Origin: Williopsis jadinii
Lineage: Eukaryota
Assembly (NCBI GenBank): GCA_024346625.1
Contig: AP024664.1
Span: forward strand, 2,666,001-2,730,000
Direction: 5' to 3'
DNA: 64,000 bases
The notes beneath the pieces were generated by a model that saw only the letters and a list, made by a program, of their open reading frames with translations, had not been told where the DNA came from and ran no database searches. Positions 54,001 through 62,367 of this stretch are shown here, piece after piece. Every line of letters starts with the position of its first letter. Position 1 is the first letter of the stretch. The translations under genes and the position numbers were made by a program.

Positions 54001-55626
54001 GCTAATCAGGCCCCACCTGTTTTGAGCAAGGATGATCTAGTTGAGAAGGCTCAACAGCAAGGCTTGACTGTTATTTCGCATACAGAGCTTGAGTCATTGA
54101 AGGAAAAGGCAAAAGAACCAGTTGCTTTGACTAGAGATGAGATTGCTGAAAAAGCTCAGGAGCAAGGCCTAACAGTTATTGAACCTATGGAGCTAGAGTC
54201 CTTGAAAATGAGAGTGGAGGAACCACTCGTTTTGACGAAAGAAACTCTTGTTCAACAAGCCCAACAACAAGGTTTGGCTGTTATTGAACCTGTTGAACTG
54301 GAGACATTGAAGCAGACAGCAGAAAAGAAAATCTCACAAGATGATGCAGTCGAGGTTGTTAAGAGTCACGGTCTTGTTGTCATTGCACCAGAAGAATTGG
54401 AAGATTTGAAGAAGGACACCCAAGCCTCTACCCTAAGCAGATCTCAGATTGAGGAAGGTGCATTGGCTCTTGGTTTGGTCACTATATCGAAGGATGAATT
54501 TGCCAATATTAAGGCTAAGGAGCAACCAGTCACTGGACAGACAAGAGATCTTACGAGTACCGATAGTCTCACCCAATCGGCTATTGGGGCTACTTCTGAT
54601 ACTATCGGGACTACAGGCGCTGTTATCACCACTGGTGCTTTTGCTACTGATAAATCTAACGTTGAGAAGGATGTTGCACATGAGAAAGTGGTTTCATCGG
54701 ATGATGTTGAATCATGGGCAAGACAACATGATTTGTTGCTGATCCCAGAACAATCGTTCATTGCCACGAACGTTTCCAGAATCCCTGACCCTCAGAATGT
54801 TGTTGTGCTACCAACTACTTATTACAACAAATTGACCAAATCTGAGGTATTCACATTGGACAAGATCACCAATGATGAGTTACAAGCACAGGCAAAGAAG
54901 AGAGGATTCCACCTTGTCTCCGGTGATGCTGGTATTCATGCGGGAACCAGTACCTTATCCAGAAAGAACAGTCTCGTCTCTATCTCTTCGGGCCAATCTC
55001 GTAAGAATATGGCAGAGCATGCACAGGCTGCTGCTAGGGACGACTTCGATCAACACACCAGACTTTCTCGTGTCACTTCTAGAAACTCCAAAACCAACCG
55101 TTCAAGAACGAGTTCCAAGGGACCTCCACCTTCGTCGTTATCGCGTGACGCTTCTGTCGATGGTGGGCTGTCATTGATGACCAATGCGTCGTTATCTGAA
55201 CCAAAGATCATTCCAGCGTTGACACAGACAGTCATTGGTGAGTACGTCTACAAATACTACCGCCGTCTAGGCCCTCTGAGCTCAATCTCAGAGACTCGTC
55301 ACGAGAGATACTTCTGGGTCCACCCATACACGCTGACACTCTACTGGTCTACTACTAACCCTGTCCTGGGTAACCCTTCAAACCACAAGACACGCGCAGC
55401 TGCTATCATCAGCGTGGAGAGTGTCGATGATAATAATCCATTACCTGCTGGCCTGTACCACAAGAGCATCGTTGTTCATTCACAGTCCCGTTCCGTCAAG
55501 TTCACCTGTTCTACAAGACAACGTCACAACATTTGGTATAACTCCTTAAGATATCTGATTCAAAGAAGCACTGATGGACTCGACTTTGATGATGACCTCT
55601 ACATAGGCATACCACCAGCTGTATAG
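48058..55626 (+). CDS. NUM1: Cortical dynein/mitochondria anchor Num1 (coiled coil, internal repeats, C-terminal PH domain)
   Basis: LDFAVGLSENLLQECRRL N-terminus; TQTVIGEYVYKYYRR...RHERYFWVHPY PH domain; internal repeats. Confidence 0.93.
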   Translation: MSPTDHNLKAQLSDIQKRMSETMFNSPKRPSQQKDRDTPEKSASPVAGSAEDKDKSGGKTKGLSLVSRRDKRTSLPPIDGSRALSTQKGSAKDLDFAVGLSENLLQECRRLNAENESKNQKLKTFQEELLKMKSSNANLLAKLNDTMANEERFKDSNWELEMKLQQLTEEYKSISENYQKSQKEMNKHIDLSNSIRSELEEMNLNKSSLEKEYSSTKLTSATEIQDLKSHVDELNDENTKLNDEIDELRRELEEAKKQPSKVQLSGIPSLQPVEDSDSESELQEPSISPVKTVALNNNALEAETLRSSLQSAHHTIAKLRGQILKLRQGELSSKQQAQQSSPPSKKSIPLLKKNIKGFGDFSKGNLQIRGNSNRGSTVIYDDSSDIDDDWEVTGGSSLEPSPSKQSKRPTSVVSDSKELIDDSGSDYDEDIPVAPLSAELQTISEEAAANYAKQNNLVLVPLVEFNSFTDASNLLPFKEQEIISLKGKLSELESKQKEYISSHEVTESKLKAKSVELDTAKKSLDSLNTEHTEKVFTLASLNEKHDNLKSELEASHTELKLKTEANAELETKLANLTEEKAKELETVKRNLNLNEETFKEKLSVSDAVIADLKTKLTDITSKYDELSTVLATTQQKLETVDNEKASLQEQVDNPSNEFLSEKAAKQGLVVISKGTHDEIVAKSNRSIDDLARENNLKVLKTDEYDVLSKKAEEPSIEHLSEHAQKQGHAILHKDELTNLKTKAEKSITEIAKDNNAVVIPDSEYKELLRKLNNPTQEEIKALSESYGLTSITQSEYDNLIRRAEKPSVDEITSRAGSLGLAILSATELESLKTASIKLADETERVKSLNSDISLLKEEASKKDSYIDELTTSLNEKEEYLKKEPVLPKSSLLKQVGALGLVALPVMEHKKLAEPTKEDITKQASKHELTLISNSDFNELKSKASKTVEDLAAEQKKQVLSESDYNNLLNPSVTEIEKHAKSHDLVVVNKNDFELLQEKSKKTLDDLAKESDSVVLSQEKYKKLVSPTIEDLEAHAKSQDNVLISRNALDELSTKSQRTLEDLANESGAIVLSKDAHNELLSPSKDKLLELVTGAGLVALSTNEHEQLKSLTTKPTVEFLSQKAEELNMTLVDKDRFADLSAAANKSIDDYAKDNNLVLLSNEGYEKLLHPSTEKLQSLAEEADLVVVPHGEFSKLKDPEKLDIKDIEKRLGVLGYSAVDEQHLKSLKEPEEDQVIQLCEKYNLHPIDKDAFEQLSSKDHVLERAESLGFVSVPREEYYSLKSRADEPDRATVESQVEKLGCAMVGKKEYEAYLKSSSSISKVELEAKAQKIDHVLVPAAEFQELMELKEPTMPTESPTTPTSKFHQTKEYFENVHKSNEKESRKAKVFESAKSLGFVPVAADEYKHLIEHQKDHVITKSDIYTCSKDFGLTVLPSDEYKNLLKSRQKDDITLAELQRYAKQFDMTLVNLESEGTSSPPETNSIFLGQNHSMSTISSTINESDFTDALSRQPSNASTIHAAGATIGSMTVDELRVQASANGYKLVRLGEEELVEPRSLSNDSSSVYYTGADDNDYDTDHEVESHHDTVTIDEVPAQTKEALTESASKMGLVVLEKPDLESLSNSLDRARLDAGAKDLDLVNENGGEFISAENPEVHKIREIFAAAGLHVLSDEQLQSVEQTAKSSVKPEDVVDQSNVVDVGSSLGMKVIPVTEYEEALEGAKPTKESIVSSAAAFGLVAVDKKEYRDMQLRAESHKHSSGLGIGAGIGLTAGSLAAISAGAAGFAGSSVASSAGNVGAKEAVAAPVNKLPTKEPTKAEALKSIQAHGLVALDSSEVDALKQKAILASDSKHMVKTLEASGMSVIASPDLESLKNKANQEPIILTKDDLIDKLQEQGLTVIEPAKLESLKEKANEAKSLTRDDIVEKAQEQGLAIIEPMELESLKNKANQEPVILTKDGLVEKVQEHGLAVIAPSELELLREKANQAPPVLSKDDLVEKAQQQGLTVISHTELESLKEKAKEPVALTRDEIAEKAQEQGLTVIEPMELESLKMRVEEPLVLTKETLVQQAQQQGLAVIEPVELETLKQTAEKKISQDDAVEVVKSHGLVVIAPEELEDLKKDTQASTLSRSQIEEGALALGLVTISKDEFANIKAKEQPVTGQTRDLTSTDSLTQSAIGATSDTIGTTGAVITTGAFATDKSNVEKDVAHEKVVSSDDVESWARQHDLLLIPEQSFIATNVSRIPDPQNVVVLPTTYYNKLTKSEVFTLDKITNDELQAQAKKRGFHLVSGDAGIHAGTSTLSRKNSLVSISSGQSRKNMAEHAQAAARDDFDQHTRLSRVTSRNSKTNRSRTSSKGPPPSSLSRDASVDGGLSLMTNASLSEPKIIPALTQTVIGEYVYKYYRRLGPLSSISETRHERYFWVHPYTLTLYWSTTNPVLGNPSNHKTRAAAIISVESVDDNNPLPAGLYHKSIVVHSQSRSVKFTCSTRQRHNIWYNSLRYLIQRSTDGLDFDDDLYIGIPPAV

Positions 55627-55906
55627 GCCCGCTCGCCTCACATACCTGTAACATTAAACATTCTTTTGTATTTGAAACTACAGTAGTTGGGTGTCAATGG
55701 AGTGCATCAATGGAGTGCATCAATGCTGGTGAGTAAAACCCCCACGGGAAATTTTTCAGCCAGCCGTAGCCCTCCCACCGAGTCCGAGATGTGTGGAGGA
55801 GATTTCGTCATTTCAGCCCAAGTTCTCTGTCTCTACAACACCCCAGCTGAAGTTCATTTGTATGATCCCATCAAGGACATTGTTCAATAGCATCAAAACA
55901 CGAAAG

Positions 55907-56224
55907 ATGGTTGAGTGGTTAGCAGTTGTTTACGATAAGCCAAACACCGACAGAAGTAACGTTAGGGCCCAGCATTTGGCTGACATTCCAGCCGGTGTTA
56001 AGAACGGGGTCATCACCAGTGCCGGTGCCATCTTCAACGAGGTTCCTAAGGAGGGCTCCAAGCCAAACTTTGCCGGTTCTGTCTTGACTGTGATTGCTGA
56101 TAGCAAAGAGGAGGCCCTGGAGTTCTTGAAAGGCGACATCTACGCCAGAGAAGGGATCTGGGATCTGGAGAACGTTTTGATCTATCCAGCTGGCTTGGCC
56201 TACCGTAAGGCTAAGGACCTGTAA
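55907..56224 (+). CDS. YCII/YciI-related domain protein
   Basis: YDKPNTDRSNVRAQHL, GAIF, GSVL, EFLKGDIY..EGIWD; ATG 55907. Confidence 0.85.
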   Translation: MVEWLAVVYDKPNTDRSNVRAQHLADIPAGVKNGVITSAGAIFNEVPKEGSKPNFAGSVLTVIADSKEEALEFLKGDIYAREGIWDLENVLIYPAGLAYRKAKDL

Positions 56225-56265
56225 TTGGGAGGGGAGAATACACACGCTCTATATAGCAGAAAGGC

Positions 56266-57021
56266 TTAGTTCAACCATTCACCTAACTTGGATTCAAACT
56301 GCTGTAGCTCGAAATCTCTCCAGTACGGTAATCTATAAGGCACGCTTTCTGGAGCCCATTCTGGGTACTTGGAGCGAATCGAGTCCAGCACCTCGGCGTA
56401 CATGATCTTATAGCCCTCACCTGTGAAATGGACACCATCTATGAGTAAGTCTCTCCAGTCTCCCGAGTAGTTGTCGAATGCCTTGTACAAGTTCACGAAG
56501 GCAACGTCCAATTCGACGGTCAGTGCCTCAAGAGCCTTGTTGTACTCACAGCTACGTTCGTTGCTTCTGAGAACACCTTGCTCGACGTCTTGAGGCTTTC
56601 TCGGGTTCCAATTGTCAGCGTCGTGCTTGGCCAGTCCAATCACAACGACTCTAATGTCCCTCTCCTTCAACAGTTGGATGATCTGTCTCATGTTGGCGAT
56701 GTAGTCGTCCAGTGGGACCTTCTGCATCCCTTCAAACACGGCGTCGTTCGTTCCAAAGAACACCGTCGCCAATTGAACCTTTGTACCTGGAGTATCTTCA
56801 TACTCCAGGATCTTTGGCAGCAGCTTCAACGCCCATTTCGAGTTGTATCCGGCAAACCCTCTCTGAACAACGTCCAGCCTTCTCGTATAGCTGTTCTGCA
56901 ACGCTGGTCCAAACGCAAACTGCGTGGCCGTCGAGCCTTGAGGCAGCAGGTCGTAGGCGAACTCAGTGATGGAATCACCAAACAGTAACAGCTTGTCCAA
57001 TTGAAGAGAATGAGGTGACAT
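56266..57021 (-). CDS. IAH1: SGNH isoamyl acetate-hydrolysing esterase
   Basis: FGDSITE, RGFAGYNS, FGTNDA, DGVH; probable ATG 57021. Confidence 0.9.
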   Translation of the reverse strand: MSPHSLQLDKLLLFGDSITEFAYDLLPQGSTATQFAFGPALQNSYTRRLDVVQRGFAGYNSKWALKLLPKILEYEDTPGTKVQLATVFFGTNDAVFEGMQKVPLDDYIANMRQIIQLLKERDIRVVVIGLAKHDADNWNPRKPQDVEQGVLRSNERSCEYNKALEALTVELDVAFVNLYKAFDNYSGDWRDLLIDGVHFTGEGYKIMYAEVLDSIRSKYPEWAPESVPYRLPYWRDFELQQFESKLGEWLN

Positions 57022-57309
57022 GTCCGTGGGTGTCTCTCTGTCCAATGCTGATGGCACAAGGAGAGGGCGAAGGAATACTGTGGCGTGTCTGAATTTTCGA
57101 TGCATCCTCTCCCAGCATCAGGGGATCTACGCTTATACGGGCAACAAGGCATTCACTAGACACATTTCCATTGTATATAAAACAAGAGCGAATCACACAT
57201 GTTCAGTACTTATATATACGGCACCACCTCTTCTTCCTCGTGGCAGTCCACCTATCTAATAGACGACATCTTGATGCCCTACAGAGAGAGACTGGACGCA
57301 CCAGTCTCC

Positions 57310-57764
57310 TCAGTAGCCCACAGAGATCAGGTAGTCAGCAAGCTTCTCCACAATGGTGGTGGCCTCACCAGCCTGCACACCAGCAGGGTAGTGTCCAATC
57401 AAGATGGTCTGCTTCGTTCTCACGGCAATGATGCCCTCGGCGTCGTGCTTACCATAGATCGAGCGGTCATCTGCCTTGATCAAAAAGTACTTCTGTCCCT
57501 GGACGTGCAACCCCTTCGCCTGGAGCTCCGAAGGGTTGTCATAGCCCTGTGCCAGCTCCTGGATCTCACCTCCTCCAAGAACCAGGTTCTGAGACTGTGC
57601 CCACTGCGAATCACCAGCCCTGGAGTACAGAGCTGCTCTGTCAATCTTACCAGTGGCAATGAGGTTATCGGTATACGCTAGAGAGAATCCGCCGTTAGCA
57701 TCACAATCCCGCAACGTCTCCGCTTGTTCTAATCATAGCAATCGCACTCACCTTGCCAGGACAT
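57310..57764 (-). CDS. PFY1: Profilin, 126 aa; exons 57764-57752 and 57677-57310
   Basis: ATGTCCTGGCAAG|GTGAGT...GCTAAC...TAG|CGTATACC gives MSWQAYTDNL; ends [10 protein letters not shown]. Confidence 0.96.
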
Positions 57765-58030
57765 CTGTTTAGTAACTGCTGTTTGTTGTGTGGATGTGGA
57801 GTGAGCAAATGGGAGGAATGTTCAAGGGTTGAAGGCCCAACAGAGCAGACGAGAAAAAACACAGCCAAACACGCGAGTGAGTGCGGTGTGCGGGTGTTAA
57901 TGACGGATGGTGGTGTGCGGGTGTTTAGGGTGGTGTGTGGTGTCCGGGTGTGCGTACAGGTAGGGTAATGGGTGGTGTGTGGCTCATGGATTACTGTACA
58001 GTGTTCTATATTATACAGAGGAACGTTGAT

Positions 58031-59305
58031 CTATTCGTCGTCTTCGTCGTCGTCAATGACCCGACGTTTCTTCCGTGCCACGGAGTCGTTGCCGTACTGC
58101 TCCGATCCGAGTTGTTTCACACGTTTCAGTCTCTCGGCGGCCTCCTCGTCCTCGTCGTCCTCGTCAACGTCCTCGAGGTCATCATCGTCGTCGTCGTCGA
58201 ACCCTGCCTCGTCCTCGTCCTCGTCATCCTCTTCAACGACGAAGCCGTCTTCGTCGTCATAGTTATCGACGTTTCTGTACTCCCTCGTGTAGGATCTATT
58301 TACAGAGCCTCCGTTGGATGAGCCCAGTCCTCCCTTCTCTTGCTCCTTCTCCAACTTCAGCATCTGTCTTCTTCTTTCCCTGACACGATCCTCGAATTGC
58401 TTCTCCAACCTTCTCGATTCCTTCTCAGGGTCGATTTCGACAACAACACTCTGTGCACCTGGCTTCGTCTGCTGTCTTGCCTGAATTGCAGTGGTTAACT
58501 TCTTGTGGATTTGTGATTTGGTGGAGGTTGGAACAAACTTCATGCTCTTATTAATAGCGCCGTCCGCCAGGTACAGTGTCGAACCGTCGTTCTCAATAGG
58601 CTTAGAGGCATCCGTTGTTACCAGGAAGGTTTCGTTGACGGTGCTTTCCAAAACATCAAAGTACTCACCTCCAAGCTTTAGGGAAAATGAGCCGTCTGAC
58701 CATTCCACGAATTGCGCGTTCGACTCTGCACTCAGAGTCTCTTCACCTTCCTTCGTCGTGTATCTCCATCTAACGGTGTTTTCATCGTGTAATCTTTTCA
58801 GGGCCTTGGAGTCGTTATCCAATTGTGTATCCTTCTTCAACTCTTCAAGATAGCCTAGGTAATCGCCAGAGTCAAATCTGCTAGGCTGCACGTGCAAAAA
58901 CCTTGGAACCTTTGCAATATAAGTGGTTTCCCCATAGTGGAACTTTGGGGGATGGCGAATCACCTCTTCATCGGTTATTCTCAACTCCCGCGGCTCCTCG
59001 TGTTCCTGGACGAGGAATTGATCCTCGTTGTCTTCATCATCGTCATCGTCAAGAGCTCTTCTTCTCCTAGAGATCACTTCATCGTCTTCCTCATCGGAGT
59101 CGTGCACTATACCGTCTTCATCCGCAGGCTTGGAGTCAGCACCGCTTTCATCACCACCATCATCTCCAAACAGATCGTCCAATGCTCCATCCTCCTCCTC
59201 TCCATCAACGTCTAGAGCGTCATCTGCAACGTCAACCTCTTTGTCTTCCTGAGCAACCCGAGCTTCTGACTCAGCACCGCTGTGATCGATTTCCTCTTCC
59301 GCCAT
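58031..59305 (-). CDS. LEO1: Paf1 complex subunit Leo1
   Basis: ENTVRWRY, SNAQFVEWSDGSFSLKLG; acidic termini; next to PFY1. Confidence 0.92.
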   Translation of the reverse strand: MAEEEIDHSGAESEARVAQEDKEVDVADDALDVDGEEEDGALDDLFGDDGGDESGADSKPADEDGIVHDSDEEDDEVISRRRRALDDDDDEDNEDQFLVQEHEEPRELRITDEEVIRHPPKFHYGETTYIAKVPRFLHVQPSRFDSGDYLGYLEELKKDTQLDNDSKALKRLHDENTVRWRYTTKEGEETLSAESNAQFVEWSDGSFSLKLGGEYFDVLESTVNETFLVTTDASKPIENDGSTLYLADGAINKSMKFVPTSTKSQIHKKLTTAIQARQQTKPGAQSVVVEIDPEKESRRLEKQFEDRVRERRRQMLKLEKEQEKGGLGSSNGGSVNRSYTREYRNVDNYDDEDGFVVEEDDEDEDEAGFDDDDDDDLEDVDEDDEDEEAAERLKRVKQLGSEQYGNDSVARKKRRVIDDDEDDE

Positions 59306-59925
59306 CGTCGGATGTGCCTATTCCTGTTGTTGAAATACCGGCGAGAGCTCTCGGTTCGGCACCGTTGTTTGACTGTTTGGTTGTTGATGTTTTCGTAATT
59401 TGCGCTGAGGGTGCCTCGATCGGTGAAACTTATACGTGGTGTCCGGGTTATTCCCCAAACAGGAAAATCACCACATTGGGACATTAACACACTCTTTTTC
59501 TGTTGACGTTTTTCAAAGGCTGTGCACATTATGCGGTGACGCGTCGATCTCTCCGTCCTCGCTTTCTTCTTCAACACTTTCCACCACATTTGTAGTTCTC
59601 AATGCGAAATCAGCATACATTTGGTGGCTGTGTTGTGCCTTGTGACTGCGGCCGAACTGGTGTTGAACCATTTCTGGCCCGAATTGGTGGAGTTATGTGT
59701 ACTGTGTATAGGGAAGAGCAGTAAGGCGACATCATACAGTTGTACCACGCTTTGTGACTGTGCTATCTGTGCAGAGCTTGCCGTAAACCACAAAGTTGGC
59801 ATAAATAGAGCCTCAGGCCCTGTGTGTTCGATCAAGAACGTGCTACACTCGAAGGTGTTCACGAGGGTATAGACAGCTATACCTATTCGGCAGGTTTTAG
59901 AGGTGTTTTCGCTAGGGCTTTCCGC

Positions 59926-61197
59926 ATGTTCTTTCATCGTTTGAAGGATTATCTCTCGATCCAGAAACAAGGGGTGCAGTCGCAGCTCGACGGGATGAGG
60001 AGTTGTGTTTACTATTCCAACTGGTCGGTGTACTCGAGAAAGCATTTCCCAGACCAGATACCTTTGGAATATACAACAAATGTATTCTATGCGTTCTTCA
60101 ACGTTGATCCGTTGACCGGGGAGGTGAAGCTGAGTGATAGCTGGGCCGACTTGGAGTTGCCCATAGAGTCTCACTTTGCTGAGAACGGGCGAGACACAAC
60201 GACATGTACGAATGACGGACTCATAGCAACGATGTTTGCCTTGAAGAAGCTTCACAGACACGTTAAGGTGTCGATGTCCATTGGTGGATGGTCAAATAGG
60301 GATAGCTTCAAGGAGGGTCTCTCAACCGATGAGAAGTTGAACAGGTTTGTCAACTCTGCCGTTGAGTTGATGATGCTATACGGATTTGATGGGATTGATT
60401 TAGACTGGGAATACCCAGAAACTCATCATGAAATTTCCAAATATGTTCTAATAATGAAAAAATTGAGGCTAAAGTTTAGAAACATTGAAGAGTTGAAAGG
60501 TTTGAAGATGGATACCATATTGTTGACGATGGCATCTCCAGCATTCATTGGGATGTTGAGTACTTTCCCAGTGAGAGAGATTGACAGATACTTGTCATTC
60601 TGGAATTTGATGTCTTATGATTTCGCAGGGGAATGGTCAGAGACAACAGGCTACCATTGCAACTTGTACAAGAGAAGCTCTACTTTGATGAGCAGTGATG
60701 AATTGTGCGCTGATGATGCAGTCAAGTATTTGATAAAGAAGGGCATAGATTCAACAAAGATTGTCCTTGGAATGGCAAACTATGGTAGATCTTTCACAAT
60801 GACTGGTGGATTGGGTCACCCATTCCATGGCGTTGGCGACGGATCTAGTGATGAAAAGGGTATTTGGAGTTACAACAAATTGCCATTACCTGGTACAAAG
60901 GAACAGTACGATGAACAGTGCGTTGTTGCTTATTGCTATGACTCCAAGTCAAAGACATTTGTATCTTATGACAACCCTGAATCTGTTAAAAAGAAGGGTA
61001 AATACGTCCACTGTATGAAGCTAGGAGGTGGTATGTGGTGGGAATCCTGTGGTGACTGCTACGACGATCCATCTAGGTCCTTGATCCACAATTTTGTGGA
61101 ATCCATTGGAGGAGTTCAGGTCCTCGATCAAACCAATAACTTATCGACTGAAGTGTTTGTTAATAGTGAGTTTCTCATCTCAAAAAACCTTGTCTGA
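59926..61197 (+). CDS. CTS2: GH18 chitinase, Cts2-like (no signal peptide)
   Basis: YYSNWSVY, SIGGWS, FDGIDLDWEYP, MSYDFAG, LGGGMWWE; start 59926 or 59995; next to VPS74. Confidence 0.88.
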   Translation: MFFHRLKDYLSIQKQGVQSQLDGMRSCVYYSNWSVYSRKHFPDQIPLEYTTNVFYAFFNVDPLTGEVKLSDSWADLELPIESHFAENGRDTTTCTNDGLIATMFALKKLHRHVKVSMSIGGWSNRDSFKEGLSTDEKLNRFVNSAVELMMLYGFDGIDLDWEYPETHHEISKYVLIMKKLRLKFRNIEELKGLKMDTILLTMASPAFIGMLSTFPVREIDRYLSFWNLMSYDFAGEWSETTGYHCNLYKRSSTLMSSDELCADDAVKYLIKKGIDSTKIVLGMANYGRSFTMTGGLGHPFHGVGDGSSDEKGIWSYNKLPLPGTKEQYDEQCVVAYCYDSKSKTFVSYDNPESVKKKGKYVHCMKLGGGMWWESCGDCYDDPSRSLIHNFVESIGGVQVLDQTNNLSTEVFVNSEFLISKNLV

Positions 61198-61371
61198 CTT
61201 TAAGTCACCTACCACCATTCTTACACTAGTATAACAACTCAAATACAATCGTCAAATTTAGTATCTTATAGCACCATCATGTGTCTCTTTCTATGATAGT
61301 GGATAAACAACCACACACATCCCTTCTAATTAGTATATACTTTTTCTCTCTGGTATACAATGACTTCTACA

Positions 61372-62367
61372 TCACAAGAGTGTGTCCATGTTTGAGAAGA
61401 CGGATAAGACACCAGCGACCACCTCTAGTTGTAAGTCTGAGTTTGGATTGTTCTCAATTTCTTGGTTAACCTCTTCCGTCAAGTTGATTCCCAAGTTCAA
61501 CGAGCCGGAAACTTGTTCGAATGGGAACTGTGAGAATTGGCTCAACAGTTCATCAGCTCTTGCAAATGCACGGTCTCTTTGGTCATAACCTAATGAAATC
61601 AAAACGTTTTCCAAGACGTTCGCAGCATAAGACGCACATACGAGGGAGATTGAACGCAGATATTTAAATCTTGTAGAATCAGGGAATTTGGACGAAGCTG
61701 GCAATTGCACAGTTCTTTGGGTTAACAGCGACAAGATTCTCTTCACGATATCGTTTTTGGAAGTTGCATCAGCCAGAGGATGTGTTGGCATGTCAAAGAT
61801 CAAAAAGTTCTTACGTTCAGTTCTCAAGATTCCCTTATCGACCAAACCCTTTGCCAATCTTTCACGTACCTGTTTCAATTGGTAGTTAATCTTCATCAAG
61901 TTCCAAGTTTCCCCACTAAGTAAATCGATCCAGTTTGTAATACTCAAGTTATTTGGATCGTTCTTCATGAGGTTCAGAGCTTCATCTAACAAGGTCTCAC
62001 CTGTTTTCTTATCATCCACAACCTCGATCAAACGTTCACCTAGTTCAAACCGTCTTCTTGCAGGGTCGTTGACCACACGGATTTTCCCCCTAAATGCCAA
62101 TTCGAGGAGAATACAACCACGAAGAGCATATGAGATGCTATCGTTCCAAAAGGAGAGATAACCTTCTTTATCCTTAATCCCCATAAGAAGAACCTCTTCC
62201 ATCAAGGTCAATGGTGGTTCTTTCGACTCCTGGATGGTCATTGCGTTGTCCTCTGGATCGTAGCCCACACGGGGCTTATTCTCTTCAGCAACAAGAGTTG
62301 ACGATGGACTGAAATCATCCCTGTCGTTGGAGACTTGTTTCACTTTACGACGCTGTAAGCCAGACAT
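61372..62367 (-). CDS. VPS74: Golgi PI4P-binding protein Vps74 (GOLPH3)
   Basis: [39 protein letters not shown]. Confidence 0.95.
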   Translation of the reverse strand: MSGLQRRKVKQVSNDRDDFSPSSTLVAEENKPRVGYDPEDNAMTIQESKEPPLTLMEEVLLMGIKDKEGYLSFWNDSISYALRGCILLELAFRGKIRVVNDPARRRFELGERLIEVVDDKKTGETLLDEALNLMKNDPNNLSITNWIDLLSGETWNLMKINYQLKQVRERLAKGLVDKGILRTERKNFLIFDMPTHPLADATSKNDIVKRILSLLTQRTVQLPASSKFPDSTRFKYLRSISLVCASYAANVLENVLISLGYDQRDRAFARADELLSQFSQFPFEQVSGSLNLGINLTEEVNQEIENNPNSDLQLEVVAGVLSVFSNMDTLL

